Positions 38,143-52,190 are shown, counted from the first letter of the stretch. The stretch is DNA of 64,000 nt from Marsupella aquatica (GCA_973895155.1 OZ316895.1:17501437-17565436); one strand, 5' to 3'. Notes: generated from the letters alone by a model not told the origin. A program made the numbers and translations.

Positions 38143-38545
38143 GAGGCTTCTCGACCTAGATGCTTACGTACACAACAAGCACTTGCACCATCATCATCTC
38201 CCTGAGCCGGTGCTTTTCATTCGTTTCGAGGACATCGAATCGAGGCCATCTAGCGAAGCCCTAGATCGAAATCGTTTCTTCAGCAGAAGCGGCCCCTTCG
38301 CGCCGCTCTTCCGCCCCGACGTTTGATCCGCGCGCTCAGGGTCTCAGTACTGTTGCGGTACGCTTTGGGATTCTTCTTTCTTCACTGCTCTCGAGTTCTT
38401 CTCGTCATTTCTGCTCGAGACAGCTCAGGGATTCCTTAAGCTTTTGTGTGTGTTTCGCTCGCTCGAATCTGTTGCCGGTGACGTTTGGTGGTGTGTTTAG
38501 GGCCCCGGTCTCCTCGCTTGGAGATTTTTTTCGTCGTGAGCAGCG

Positions 38546-39016
38546 ATGGCGTTTTTCGGGAAGCTCGGTCGATCCCTTGTCGCGAGGGCGGGAAGCAATG
38601 TGCTGAGCACACCTTTGCGGGTGGAGCCTGTAGTGGCTGGCGCCGTTCCGGCCGTCTTTGTCATGCTCAACCGTGGTATGGCGTCCGCGAAGCTCTTTAT
38701 CGGCGGGCTTTCTTGGGGAACAGACGAGAAGACGTTGAGAGACGCATTTGCCTCGTTCGGGGAAGTGACGGATTGTAGAATTATCACTGACAGAGATACT
38801 GGCAGATCTAGGGGTTTTGGTTTTGTGAGCTTCAATTCCGAAGGAGAGGCTCAAGCTGCTCTGCAGGAGATGGACGGACGTGATCTGGCCGGTAGGACGA
38901 TCAGAGTTGACTATGCTACTGATAGATCTCCAGCTGGTGGATTTACCCCTAGAGGTCCTCCAAGAACTGGTGGGGGTGCCTTTGGTGCCGGCGGCGGTGG
39001 TGGCGGCGGCTGGTGA
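38546..39016 (+). CDS. Mitochondrial glycine-rich RNA-binding protein (RRM; RBG/ORRM-like)
   Basis: Presequence-like N-terminus, RNP2 KLFIGGL, RNP1 RGFGFVSF and a Gly-rich tail. Confidence 0.93.
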   Translation: MAFFGKLGRSLVARAGSNVLSTPLRVEPVVAGAVPAVFVMLNRGMASAKLFIGGLSWGTDEKTLRDAFASFGEVTDCRIITDRDTGRSRGFGFVSFNSEGEAQAALQEMDGRDLAGRTIRVDYATDRSPAGGFTPRGPPRTGGGAFGAGGGGGGGW

Positions 39017-40699
39017 TCCTGTCGAGCAGCACAATCAAGTTTGGAGCAGATCGACTAGGCTATCGAATTGAGGAGCGGCCGTGTTTTCCCGCTGTTTGTG
39101 GTGAACATCAAAAAATTTCGAAGTGTCTTTGCGGATCACCGGGTAAAGTTCAGCAGTGCACTATTTTGCAGCTGTGAGAGTACTGAGGATGTCTGTGTTT
39201 GTCATGTTACTGTCGAATGGCGTGGCACAGATGTCCAAAAATATTGAAGCAGCTGATTCTCTTGCAAGTCAGGTTCTACGCTCCTGCTCATACGATATCT
39301 CTTCGTTGGGATGAGAAGCAGGGGGCTCGGTGAGTTCATTCGCGGTGAGATGGAGCGTTGCTATTGTCTGGGGGATTGTAGTTACTTGCACCCTATTTTT
39401 GTGGATCGGTTCTCAGACATTGTGAGCGTTGCTTCAGGTATGAGCGGTAGATATTAATGAGAACTTAGCAGATATTGTTGAGAATGGTAGACTTTAGTGA
39501 GAACGTGGTAAGGTGAACCCTTTATTCCCGTGAACCGCTGTTCAATGTGTCATTGAAACTGCGGTGCACGGAATATGAGTAGAGAGAAAAACAAAATATA
39601 TGGAGGACATGTGGCTCCTACACAGGCTGTTTCGCCCTTCACTTGTTCTAAATTTTTATTTTAACTAAACGCAATCATTCTTTCAGCTTCGGTGTGAAAT
39701 AGATATCGAAGGTGAGCAATGGTGACGTTGTTTCCTCAGTTCCTCGACAACTGAATCATCTCGAAACAGGAACTTTCTAGCCGAAGTGGCTTTTTTAACT
39801 TGAATACAGAAAATTTTTGAATTTTATATCTCAATCTTCTATCCTTGACGAAGTCGTGGGATCTCTCACTACGTTATCTCTCACATTTTTGGAGTTTTGA
39901 ATTGTTCTTTACATTGGGACATTCACTATATTTCTTACGTTGTGCGTTTTAGGTTTCTGTAGCCATCATGTGAACTTTGGCTACTGATTACTGGCTAGCA
40001 TTTGACGCACTCAGGGTTTAAGTTTTCCGACCATACGTTGGCTCGCATTTAGATGTAGTGACCGCTTTGGCTGCGCTCGATGGAACGTAGGCTGCTCATC
40101 TCAATACCTAGGTCTTTCAATTTTACAACCGTTAGGCTGTCTGACGGACTGGGTTTAAGTCGCAAGCGATGTGTAGATTCTTTTCTGGAAGCTTCTGGCC
40201 TGGTAGAGAGGGTGTTCGTTTCTACCCGACTATTCGCGTGTTTTTTCGGATTACAATGCTCGTCATGATAATGACGAGCCCCCAAAGCAAAGTTATAAAC
40301 TGCTGACACTGCTTTTTGGTCCAGTTCCGTATATGAGAGGGTGTCTCAGGACTCGCCCGAACCAGGATACTGTCTTTCAATAACTCAAAAGCTATGGGAG
40401 CCATCTTTGGTTCGTGGTTACTGAATGCAACTTAAGACTTAACTATGCTTCAACTTCATGTGCAAATCCAGAATTCCGGAATAGTGTGATTGAAGGTTAT
40501 CCTGCAACTTCAGGTGCAATAGGGAATCTGTGGTTAAAGGTTTTGCGCCAAGGAAAACTGTGATCAAAGGGTTTGCCCCAATGAAACTGTGATCAAAGGG
40601 TTTGTGCCAGACATGGGGATGATTGTTGCTTTGAGGTGTGGCCCTTATCAAGTCGGAAGGAAAAGTGATAGGCAATGACAGGCTGGCTGGGCTGTGATT

Positions 40700-41520
40700 G
40701 CTGCATTATGGGGCTGGTCAATACTACCTCCCATTTTTTAAATTCTTCCCATAACTAGAGTTGGTCAATACTACCTCCTATTTTTTAAATTCTTCCCATA
40801 ACTAGTTACAAGATACATCACAAATCCATAATACTTCTTTAGGTCACTTTTAAATTACTCCCATAACCAGAGTTACAGGATACATCACAAATCCATAATA
40901 CTTCATTAGCTGGGTCCCAACCAGAGTTACAGGATATATCATAAATTTGGGTCCCTTTAAGTCTTTAAATTCCTCCCATAACCAGAGTTAAAGGATACAT
41001 CACAAATCCATAATACTTCATTAGCTGGGTCCCAACCAGAGTTACAGGATATATCATAAATTTGGGTCCCTTTAAATTTCTCCCATAAGCAGAGTTACAG
41101 GATACATCACAAATCCATAATTCTTCATTAACTGGGTCCCAACCAGAGTTACAGGATATTTCACAAATCCATAATACTTTGTTAACTGGGCCCAGAACCA
41201 GAGTTATTTATTTCATAAACTGGGTTCCATCACTTGCAATAGCCCAACTTTGAGATAACCAGAGTTACTGGATAGATCACAAATCCAAAACTTTAAGCAA
41301 TAGCCCAATTTAGCCAGGGTTATAGGGTAGATCACAAATCCAAAACTTAAGCAATAGTCCAGCTTTGAGACTGCCTAATATTACATAACTTGATCACAAA
41401 TCCACAACTTTAAGCAATTAGCTCAACTTTCAGCAATAGCCCAGCTTAAGTTATAGGATAGATCACAAATCCATAACTTTAAGCAATAGCCCAACTTTGA
41501 GACTCCCTAATATTACAATT
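40700..41520. repeat. Satellite-like tandem array
   Basis: Repeated ACCAGAGTTACAGGATACATCACAAATCCATAA and GCAATAGCCCAACTT units. Confidence 0.9.
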
Positions 41521-41689
41521 TGTGGTAGCTCTTTTTTCCCATGGTGGCAATTCTGGCCGTTGCAGGTGTTAATTTTCCAGTCTTTTAGATCTCTCTCACA
41601 CTAGGGAAATAAGGAGTATTTTTTTGGACTTTTAGATATCTTCTAACACTACAGAAATAAGGTACTCCTCTTTTCTCCCATAATGTGAA

Positions 41690-41950
41690 TCAGCTCTGGT
41701 CAGGATGTCACCTTTCCAGACTTCTAGATCTCTCCAAAAAGATGCTTAAACAAGGCCTAGAAACCCTCGATCCACACCATCAATTCATACAATGGCTAAC
41801 TATGGAGATGGTGGTCAGGGTGTCACTTTTCCAGACTTTTAGGTGTCTCCAAAAGGGCTCTTAAACAAGGCCTGGAAACTCTCAATCCAAACGATCAATT
41901 CATATAATGGCTACGATCAATTCATAAAATGGCTAAGTACGGAGATGGTG
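41690..41950. repeat. ~120-bp tandem duplication
   Basis: GGTCAGG.TGTCAC.TTTCCAGACTT...CTTAAACAAGGCCT...GGAGATGGTG occurs twice. Confidence 0.8.
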
Positions 41951-44433
41951 CAGGGAGATGTGTAGGCTGTCAGGAGATATCAAACATAGGATGGACGAAA
42001 CCAGATTTCAAAATTTGATGATCATGGTGTGCCCTAGAACAGCCTATGGTTTTAAAGTTAGTGTGGGCGTTGTGCCTTGCATCCTGAAGATGTTCTTCTG
42101 AAGTTTCCATTGTGCAATTTTTCTGCTATTGCTATACATAAATCTCTTTAACTTGTACAAAAGTTTTTTGTGTTATTGAGATATGTAAATCACTGAAAGT
42201 TGGTGTCAAAATAGAGTTTTGTGTCATTGTTATTAATATACATAAATCTCTCAAAGATCCGTGAAAGAGATTGAATTATTAATTAAGATACATGAAATGA
42301 ATAAAATTATGCAGAAAGAGCATTGTGCTGGAGTTTCCCTTGTGCACTAGTTTGTGATACATAAATCTCTCTCTGATGTGTCACAAGAGGTTTTTTTGCA
42401 ATGGAGATACATATATCTGGCCTAAGTTGCATTAAAGGTCGGAGACCATTGAACACTATAATGTCCCAAAATTACCCCAAAAAACAATTGATCATTTGTT
42501 TACAAGACAAGAAGAAAGCAAAATTTAATCATGACCCTTAACAAAAAAAACTATCTGTTTTGGCACCATGAGATCCACCTATAGACATTATTCTATCCTA
42601 AATTCTACCTGAGACCCTTCATCAAAACCTAACTTTTTTATCAGCATCAGATCCATCTATACACACTCTCTTATCTTAAATGTCTGCCCAAGCTGCCTAA
42701 AGCTGCCCTAAATGAAAATAAGTTTAATTGAAAATAAAATTGAAAACTTTGAACACCCTACCTACAGATTTCTTCATAACAAAACCAAAACAAAAAATTC
42801 CCTCCTATTGCATCACCACAATAATAATATTTTTCGAAACAATGTCAAAGTACGTAGTTACATTGTAATCCCTGGCTTCCGTGTGGGTTTCCATGCATAT
42901 TATTTACTAGAGAAAATTTTCTGCACAACAACTTCCTTGGGGGGGGGGGGCTTCATTATATGGACTCGGGGGTTTCACTTTCACAAAAATGGCATATCAC
43001 GTGCGACGAAGGATAGGGTTGTTTTATTGGTTCTAAGGGAAGACTTAAGAATTTTTGCACAAGAACAATAAGGGTCTTTTTAATCCAACTTAGAGGGGTT
43101 AAAAATAAAAACATTCTTACAGTTTAGGGGGTCCGAGACCTAAAAACATCGCAGGTGATGGGGAGGTCCCCATATAGTGAGACCCCCGAGTATATGGAGG
43201 GCCATGAATACATTGCGTACTACATTTTAGGGTTTGAGCCCCCTAACTTGTAAGTGAATTTTTGTTGCAACACCCGTTCTGCCTATAAATTTTGCCATTT
43301 TTTACTAAACATCTCTAAAAACTTTAAAGAAAAATTAAATAGACCTATTTGTTCTTTGAAGCAGACCAATCAATAAAGCATGCCCTGTTTGTTGTTACAC
43401 AAAACATTGGAAGTCTTCCGCCACATCCATTTAAATGGGCTTATACTTTTTCACACATGATATGCAACTTCCGTGGAAGTGACCCCCCCGAGATGACATC
43501 TTGTCTGCAACAATGTTATTTATACAATGAAATCCTAAATACAACGATCGCTTTTGTGGAATGACATCTTACGCAATGAACTTATTTATGCAACAATGTC
43601 TTTTACATAACAATATCATTTTCTCCACAACATCTTTTATACAGTCATGTCAAAAACATTGTTTCCTTTTGTGTATTTATTGCGTAATGATATCTTTTAA
43701 GCAATATCATACTTTACGGAACGACACCTTTTAAGTAACAACATCCTTCGCGTAAGACATCTTGTGCGCAATGCACAGGAATTGAGGTAGTGAAATATGA
43801 AAGTTTTGTATTGAGGTACCAATTTGCAATCATGTTTTGGTTAACTTAAGTCTCTTGGGATTGAATTTTAGTAAGTTGTAGTCCTATGTCTATTTGGGGT
43901 TAAATTTCTAGTGCACATGCCCATCTTGAGGACATTCAGTACAAACTTTTGGTGAAAATAGAATTCCTACAATTTTTTGATAAGCTTTACCACACCAATC
44001 AAGCATGGGCTGAATTCTTGGAGATCTGTTACTTAGGGTTGCACCAAGTAATGCTTGGTGCAGATGCATATCTTGGGGGCATTCATTCCAAAACTTTTGG
44101 AAGAACAGAATTCCCTTGAATTGTCTGATAAGCTTCCCTAAACATGCCCTTTTAGGTGATCCACCGAGTACCTCTCACAGGCAGGGACACATAGGAGGGG
44201 GAAACATTCTGCTTAGCGAGTCCCCATTCTCCTACCTCAGTAACTTCCTTGCCTTCATGACACAGCAGATTGCCTCAACAATTTCCATGCCTCAGGTCTT
44301 GTCTCACCCTTCCTTGTCTCATGATACCACACTAGTGGAACGAGATAACTAGTACTAGCATAGTATACTTGCATGTATACAACAAAGAAGAATGTGACAA
44401 TAATAGACAAGTTGGAGAAGCTTTGCTCCTATG

Positions 44434-44762
44434 TGTTAGGGTCAACTCAGTCTTGGGTTAACTTCTTGTTACTTAGGCAAAACCGCCATTAGGATGTTAA
44501 TGGTGATTAGCCGTGACTCTTGCATCTAACATTTAGAGAGGCTAGGAAGAGCTCGTCTTGGAGACTCATGCTCATTGTTGAGGGAGCTAACTAGGTGCTA
44601 GGAGGAGAGCTTGTGCAAGGAGACTTTGTGTGACCATGGTGGCCAAAGCTTAATAAAGCTCTTTGTGTTCTCGTGGACGTAGCCTTGATGAAGGTGAACC
44701 ACATATCTCTTGGTGTTGGTGTGTGCATACTTGCTGGTTGTGCTCATGGTTGTTTTGTATCA
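44434..44762 (+). mobile_element. Copia-type solo LTR related to the 22579-22922 element
   Basis: TGTTAG...TGTATCA with a perfect 5-bp TSD CTATG (44429-44433, 44763-44767). Shares GCTCATTGTT, GGAGAGCTTGTGC, AATAAAGCTCTT and GTGGACGTAGC...GGTGAACCA with the other LTR. Confidence 0.85.
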
Positions 44763-45645
44763 CTATGAGCTCCTTCTTGACTTGCTTGGCTACATATTTA
44801 ACAAAGCAATAGCTCCTGCAATTGTCAACCGTTTGTAGAATGCTTATTTCCACTGAATGCTTTGTGGGGATACCTCATATCCAAACCCTAGAAAGTTTCA
44901 GGAAAGGACGCAAAAGATGCATGATCAATTGCTTGAGCAAAACTCTCCGTGAACTACACAGATTAAGGACTGTAAGTATTGTGAGGATGTTTGAGTTATT
45001 CTAATTGATTCAGTTGGTATCTTTGTAATGATGCATATGAACAGTTGGGATGCCCAATGAAAACCCAACTTTGATGGTTTCAGACATTAGGGTTAGTACT
45101 TTGCCTGAGTTTTGCTCATAAATAGATGATGAGTACCAATGCCTGTTTCTAGTTTCCCCCCGCCTATACATGTACCCCCAGTATGCACCCCTAAACCCTA
45201 AACTGTAGATCCATCCTACCTTTTGATCATGCTTGATTAGATAGATGATAATCCATGGCCGTCAGGGTTTGAAGCGCCATAATCCCCATGGTAGTGCCAG
45301 GTAACACTAATTTATCTTAAATTCTAGACCTTAGGTTCTTATCATAGCTTTTGATTGCCCTTTTTATTAGATAGATGATGATCCAGGGGCTTGAAGGGCT
45401 TTGACGAGCCATAATCCCATGGTGGTTTGCCAGGTAAGACTAATTCATGAGTGCAGCAGACAATTCGATTGGCCAGAATTAGTGCGAGTAACACTAATTG
45501 ATGTGACCGGTGAACAATTTAGACACTGCATCAGTGCATCATGTGCAACACCACTCCTTAAAGTGACTGACGCACGAGTAATAATAAGTTCATGCGACTA
45601 CTCTAGATCCCGTCTTTAGCGCCATATGGTGAATTTATCGATCTC

Positions 45646-45653
45646 CACGTGGC
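45646..45653 (+). promoter_or_regulatory. G-box/ABRE motif upstream of the proline-rich gene
   Basis: CACGTGGC, with GCCAC half-sites nearby (~45679, ~45706). Confidence 0.3.
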
Positions 45654-46254
45654 ACACGAGCTATCCTCCAGCATGACTGCCACATCAGCTTTCCCGTGAA
45701 CTCGCGCCACTTGTTCCCCCCCTCATCCCCAAGTCCTCATTTCTAATTTCTCTCCATAGCTAGAATCTTAGACCTTCCTCGACAACTGCCCTACATGTTT
45801 CAATTCCGGGACAGCAGGTGCACCGACATTTGACAAAAAAATTTTCGTGGCTCCTGTGGAGCGCCCAAATGCACAGAAAGATTCTTGATTGAGCGACATT
45901 CTTCTTCGGTGCAGTACTAAGGCAATCTTCGATTCCCTATGCTCGGCTTTGAGTTGTGATTGAGTAGGGGCTGTCTGCGCTAATTACCTCGCGAGCTTCT
46001 TGGGTTGACCTGATCTTGATTGTGAATCTGTGGTTGAAGATGAAATTTCGCTATGAAGTTGTGAAGAATTTGGTCTAGAATCAGTGGAATGGATCTCGGG
46101 TGTTATCTGTCACATTTGGCTGCAGACTTGTAAGCTGTTTATAATATCTCCTGTCACATTTGGCTGCAGAGTTGTAAGCTGTTTGTAATATCTCTTGTGA
46201 AGACCGATCACGGTTTTAGTTTCAAAATTTGAGCTGAAAAGTGAAGACAGAGAG

Positions 46255-47328
46255 ATGGCGTCTCTAAGAACTTCGCTGCTGACGCAGTCCACTGCTGGAG
46301 GAGGATTGAAGGAGGCCTGCAGCAGTGTACCAGCAGCGTGCAAGAAGTTGGGTCGCGTATTAGAGCTCGGCAAAGGAGGATGGAAACAAGAGTTGCCGAT
46401 GTGCTTCAGAGGAGCATCAACAACCAGCAGCAGCAGAAGGACGACGGTTCTTCACAACCGCGGCACTAGTCATCTGCGGCCAGGATCCTTGAGGAGCTTT
46501 ATGTTTGGTGTGGATCCATCTGTCATTCTTATTCGGGAGGACGCGACCCCCGTCGTTCAATTTCGTCACTATCAGCAGCAGCAGAGTCAATCTGTCAACC
46601 TTGTCATTGCAGTGATTCGTCCACCACTGGAGACCTCGCCAGATATGAAACCTTCTCTGAATCCCTTCTCTCCCGACATCCAAGACCCCAACCTCCCCAC
46701 TGCCCCTGACGTTCCTCCCGACGAGTCTCCATCGGAATTCCCTGCACCGTCTACTGACCCTGATGTCGTCCCGTCTGTTCCCCAGGAAGTGCCTGTGACA
46801 GAGCCAATTCCTGAATTCACTCCTACAACGATTCCGACCCCTGAGATTCCTACTACACCGTCTGAATTCCCATCGGTCCCCTCCCAATCGCCCGTTCCTT
46901 CCATTCCAACGGAGGTTCCTCTGGTGTCTCCGGCAGAAATCCCTCTGACCCCAACTCCCACAGAGCTACCGGGCCCTGGGGGCCCTCCTGAGTTTAAGCC
47001 CATGATGGGGCATTTGTCTTCCTCGGAGGTGGAAGGGTCGGGGGTTCCTCGGGGACCGCCGATCATGCCACCCAACACTCCTCCCATTGTACCGCCGGGC
47101 ACTCCACAGCCGACTCCTCTTCCCAATTTGCCTCCAATTCCCCCTCCAGGCACTCCTCCGCCCATTGCTCCTCCTAATACTCCTCCCATCCCTCCTGGGA
47201 TGCCTGGCCCAGTCCCTCCTCCTACCCCGCCCCCTGGCTCCCCTCCTCCCTTCCCTGGACCGGAGATTCCCGCAGTGCCATTCCCGGGCCCTGAGATTCC
47301 GAACCCTCCTTCCGTTATTGGAGCCTAG
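46255..47328 (+). CDS. Proline-rich protein with a transit-peptide-like N-terminus
   Basis: 357-aa ATG-initiated ORF with a Ser/Arg-rich N-terminus followed by PPNTPPI, PEIP and PFPGPEIP repeats. Confidence 0.8.
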   Translation: MASLRTSLLTQSTAGGGLKEACSSVPAACKKLGRVLELGKGGWKQELPMCFRGASTTSSSRRTTVLHNRGTSHLRPGSLRSFMFGVDPSVILIREDATPVVQFRHYQQQQSQSVNLVIAVIRPPLETSPDMKPSLNPFSPDIQDPNLPTAPDVPPDESPSEFPAPSTDPDVVPSVPQEVPVTEPIPEFTPTTIPTPEIPTTPSEFPSVPSQSPVPSIPTEVPLVSPAEIPLTPTPTELPGPGGPPEFKPMMGHLSSSEVEGSGVPRGPPIMPPNTPPIVPPGTPQPTPLPNLPPIPPPGTPPPIAPPNTPPIPPGMPGPVPPPTPPPGSPPPFPGPEIPAVPFPGPEIPNPPSVIGA

Positions 47329-49824
47329 ATTCCTCCACTAGCTGTATGCTGTTTGCCATCCAGCGGGAAATAACGGCTTCCTGAAATCCGGCTTAGACTC
47401 TTTCGACAGATTCTGGTCGACCGCAGAATTATGGCGATTCACTCCCTGGTTTGGCCTCGTATGGAGAGAATTTGCTTCGTTAGTCGAATTGCTATTGAAG
47501 CGCATCGAAGCTACCGTCTTAAGAAACTAGAATCTGTCAATTTTGTTCCTACGTCCGTCACAAAACAAATGTGTCTTTTGAAGAATGTGAATGTCAGCAA
47601 TTCTGAGAATGTATTGGACGGTACTCCATGCTGGTAATGCAGTTGGAAATTTCTCGCCGTTCAGTCAATGCTAAATCTGTCAATTCTGCTTAGGGAGCCA
47701 CTATTCTTTGAGTGGCACGTTTCGGACCTCCAGGCTGGTTCGTGAAGTGACACCAAATGGACATCGCGGTGCTCCGGACGCATGGTGCGAAAATTGCGTT
47801 GGATTCCCGAGAGAAGATGTACAGGGAGGAAGTATTCGACGTTAAGCTGGGTTCTTGCATAGAGATGCAGTAGACTTGGAGGAGGCTGAGCTGAGTCGGA
47901 AGTCCTCTGTGTCTTTAACATTGTTGACTGATCCTTGACAATGGTTAGAAAGACCGTTGGTCGGGGACAAGGTACACATCTCTATGGGTCCAGGGTTTCA
48001 GCACTTAAATTGACAGGAACGTTGAGGAGTCAGGGCCCTCTGAATTGTTTCAGTGCCGTAGGGATATGTCAAATGTAACTTGATTCATTCAGTAAAGTGA
48101 ATGTCAGTTTTCTCCCGTGGACGTAACTTCTGATTGGAAGTGAACCACGTAAGCCCTGTGTGATGTGGCTGTTCTGTTCGGTCTGAATTGTGTATTTGTT
48201 ACTCGAACGAAGGGGGGAGTTGCTTTCCAATCCAGGACAAAAGCAAGGCGGAAGGACTGATCGGAAAATCTGTGCCATCCTTTTCCGAGGGATTTCGTTT
48301 TGGATATAATACGAGAAAGCTTGTAACTGTGGTTCTCAAACTCGATCAAAGATTTTTCTCAGAAGGCTGCTGTCTGCCCGAAATCATATGATTACTGGTT
48401 TATACAATTTTGAAGTGTGCAAGCAGAATTTCGAGTGCAAGTTGATGCTGAATTTATTTGTATCCCTCCCTCTCATCTCAATCCGGTGATCCGCCGGATA
48501 GAGGGAACGGAGAATTACAGAGTCTAAGGATTTTCAAATGATACATTTGCATATTCGAGCTACTGTTACTCACGGGAACACACTTCGGTCAGTTTGGAAA
48601 CGTTCTGAACTTTAAGAAATGTGGGTTTACCTGATCGTGGAAAGATTTTATTATTGATAGGAGTTGCATAATGGATACGAGGAGTTAGCAGGTTAGGGAA
48701 CTTACTCACTTGCTTTCACATCAGTCCGTTCCTGTGCTATAGTCCCCGCCCTGTGACAACCAGGGCAACAGCTGCGTTGCGAAACTCATCTGTAGCTAAC
48801 GAAGTTTGATGTTGGCACACGCAGGGCTCAATACTTCTCGAAGATGAAAGCTCATAGTGTTGGAAACAAAATTTTGGGCCTGCATTACACAGAATGCAAG
48901 AACTACAGCAAAATCTAGAGTTTAGCAAAATCATCATGACTTGAGTGTCAGTTTACATGGAGTAGTGCATTTGCTTTCTATGAGAAACTAGACTAGTCAA
49001 ATAGTAGTTCCTCCAGTATTTGAATGTTGTTGTGTGTGAAGATAGTTCATAGTAGGTCACCCCACTTGTGTTCGAAGGGCGTCTCTAGACCCGGGCAAAG
49101 CCCGTATACTTAGGTGTGGTCATGGGATTGAGAGTACTTTGACATACAAGTGAAATGTGTGATCTGGTGGCAGTCGTTGGGATACCATGTCATGGAATAG
49201 AATAGCTACATGTACTTCCACCCAGGAATGATGTTCTTGACAGGCAATAGATTCATATGAATATGCTCCAGGTTTGGCACATTCTGTAGTTTGGCGTTGT
49301 GACATTTTTTTGTTATTTGTCATTGTGATGTATGTATAGGCATACTGTACATGCTCTCGACTAGTAAGATCGGAATCGGATTATACATATCCGTAGCATA
49401 TTCCAGTCTCCCTCAGACCTCATGTGGAATCGAGCTCTTGCGAACTGACGCGGTCCTGTTTGCGGTAAGAAACGTATAGGGAAAACAGAATTGATGCCTC
49501 AGATGCGAATATTCGTCCTTTTCATAATAATGACGTCATCCGAAGTCGCCCCGTTCTCCTCTATGAATGTGGCATTTTTCGTCGTTGTAACAAACACAAA
49601 GACCTTCTTGTAGACAATCACTTGACTCGACGTTTTGAGCTCAATTTCGGTCCCTTGTCTCCTGGTTGTAGTTTCCTTTCTACATTTTGTCGTGGTCCAT
49701 GAATCAAGATTTGCCCTGTTCTGTTGCCTTCTCTTCTTTGTGAGTGCTTCCAGGAAGGAAGCCTGGAAGAGAGCACGATATCTGAGGACTGATTGATGGT
49801 CATGGTCAGGTAGAGAGATAGTGG

Positions 49825-50010
49825 ATGGATCGCAGAGCATCTGTTGCTGAGATTGCGCAGGACAAGTACGATTTCGAATGGAAGATGATGTTTCTGATGT
49901 TGGCATTGGTGTCGATGATTGTCGTGATCATAGTGGTCTTGATTGACTACAAAGCAGCCTTTCTTGATATGTCTCCGACGGGGCAGGGGATGCTCCCTGT
50001 CAGGATTTGA
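49825..50010 (+). CDS. Candidate 61-aa single-pass membrane microprotein
   Basis: ATG-initiated ORF with a 20-aa hydrophobic helix MMFLMLALVSMIVVIIVVLI, preceded by a pyrimidine tract and CAG acceptor at ~49753. Confidence 0.45.
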   Translation: MDRRASVAEIAQDKYDFEWKMMFLMLALVSMIVVIIVVLIDYKAAFLDMSPTGQGMLPVRI

Positions 50011-51980
50011 AGGCAGGAGTTAATTTGAGATTCGGTTAGTGGGGTTTGGTCATGCTCTCGCCCTGCCTTGGATTATCCATATGCTTGTCTCTAAGCTGGG
50101 TTTCTGGACCTGACGGTGGTTGAGAGATCATAAAGGTCAGGGGAGAAAGGTTGTGCCATCCCGGCTAAAGGAGCTCCCATAAGGAGAAGAGGTGAAACCC
50201 AAAGAAGCTGAGACGAGAGTTTTCCAGCGGCAAGTACGCTGGCTGCAGATTGTAAGCTAAGTTCATACGCCTTTGACTTGAATTATTGATTATTTACTGT
50301 GCATGGAGTATTCATTTTAATTTTGACCGATTCAGATGTGCAACCACTTACGAAACTGTCATTTTTCCCAAATATGGCATTGGTCCCATGACAATTCCTG
50401 TACATGGGTTATGAAAGATTAGTTAAGGTAAGGTCTTGCCACGGATCAGAACATTTGTTAACATGTGCAAGGCTCTAAGCAACTGGTTCTGTGGCTTTTG
50501 CACTATGTTCTGTCTGGTTGTCCTATGAAGCAAGAACGTTCCCGACGACAAATATACGAATTTCAAGGCTCCACCAAGGCCCAACGGATTTCTGAAATCC
50601 TAATGCACCAGCACTCCAGCAGACTCCCAAAACCAATTTGACAGCTTGCAATCGCAAATTAATCTCTACTAAAGTTGATGTTCACTCTAGCGATTTGGGA
50701 GCTGCCATAGGTAGACTATACTTCTGGAGCTGAATAGCGATAATATCATAGAGCGTAAAATGTAAGCCCAAATTACCCATTGAACTTGTCTAGTAGCGAG
50801 GAAAGAATTTTTGGACAATGACGTAACCTCTGTTGTCCGGGTTAGTTACTGTGCTTTTAAGTACAGAAGCTTTTCGTGCCGGCGACACACTTTGATTTTG
50901 TGTATTTGAAGGTAAATTTTGCTAGAACGAACGGATTCGTTTCTTGTATGCAAAGAACTTGAAGGATCAAATGGGTTCAACGACGGATCGAAGGAGATGT
51001 TTCTGGTCCATATATATCCTTTGCAAAGTCCTTTCTTGGGTTCAGATATTTCTAAAATCTGAAGTGGCATTGACTTTTCTGCATTCAAGTGCAGTGTAGT
51101 GGACTGGGATACGGTTTCATATTGCAAACAGTGAACAAGGTTAACAAGGTAGCGGGGAACCGTGCAAGTTTTGGAAGATTACTTTGCGTCGTGAATTGGC
51201 CAAAGTGTCTTTGATAGATCTTCTCGACCTGTTGAGTGCTAGGGTACTCTTGTGGACCCTGTGGACATCGTCTTTCACTGAGCCACGAGACATGTAGTAG
51301 GAGTGCAAAGCAGACCTTTCCCCTACGAACATGTCTATTATTTTTGCGGCTGTGCGCCCCGCCGCACCCCCCCCCTGTTGCACAAATTCGTGTAGACCAC
51401 AACACATAAGACTTGACAGATTCGACAGTACTAAGTTTTTGCAATGTTATCAATTTTTTAAGCGAATTCTTGATGCTCATCATCATTCGGCGTTTGCAGA
51501 AAAAAACTGGATCCAGTTGGTGTCGGTTGCAAACAAAGGCTTCTATCATTTGCTGGGGTAGGAGGTGCAATCGCTCTAAGCTTTCAGGAATCTCGAGGCT
51601 TTCTTCGTCTATACGCTGTTTCCAGCAAGGGTATAATGATGAAGTGTACTACTAGTGAACATCACCTAGAATGTTGTAACTGAAAAAGCCACCAAAAGCA
51701 AAAAATTGACAATTCTTGAGATCTTCCCGAGACCTGCTGCATTCTTTCGTCATCAAACTGAACATACGTTCACCAAGACAGCCCCCGCAGATTTTGGAGA
51801 AAGCGTTTTGAGAAATAAACACAGGTTGTAAGTATCACGAATCTGTTGACGGTCAAAACCCCTGCTATTGTAATCTTAGGACCTGTTTGTATTCCTGTTT
51901 AATGCTGCCCACAAATCTTCACTTCCTAAGGTCAAGGGGGAAGTAAAAAATTGCTTGCCTCTTGTCCAGAATTGCAATTT

Positions 51981-52190
51981 CACCTTTACCCTCATGTGCG
52001 AGTGGAAGGTATCTACAGAGCCAATTTGTCGAAGAGGGCACAAGACTATCTTACGACTCTCAATCTGCATAGAAAAGTGTGCATCCACCTTTACCCTCAT
52101 GTGCGAGTGAAAGGTATCTACAGAGCCAATTTGTCGAACAGGGCACAAGACTGTCTTACGACTCTCAATCCGCATAGAAAGGTGTGCATC
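51981..52190. repeat. 105-bp tandem duplication
   Basis: CACCTTTACCCTCATGTGCGAGTG...GTGTGCATC at 51981 and 52086. Confidence 0.9.

Noticed and set aside
40700-41520. Repeat array superficially like CRISPR
   Set aside because: Eukaryotic context, degenerate units, the intervening sequences are themselves repeated, and there are no cas genes.
46417-47189. Long antisense ORFs over the proline-rich gene, and likewise over the RRM, rhodanese and PFK exons
   Set aside because: These are shadow ORFs caused by GC-rich, repetitive codon usage on the sense strand.
51085-51655. Overlapping 76-161 aa ORFs downstream of PFK
   Set aside because: Mostly non-ATG starts, no motif and no splice structure that I can support.
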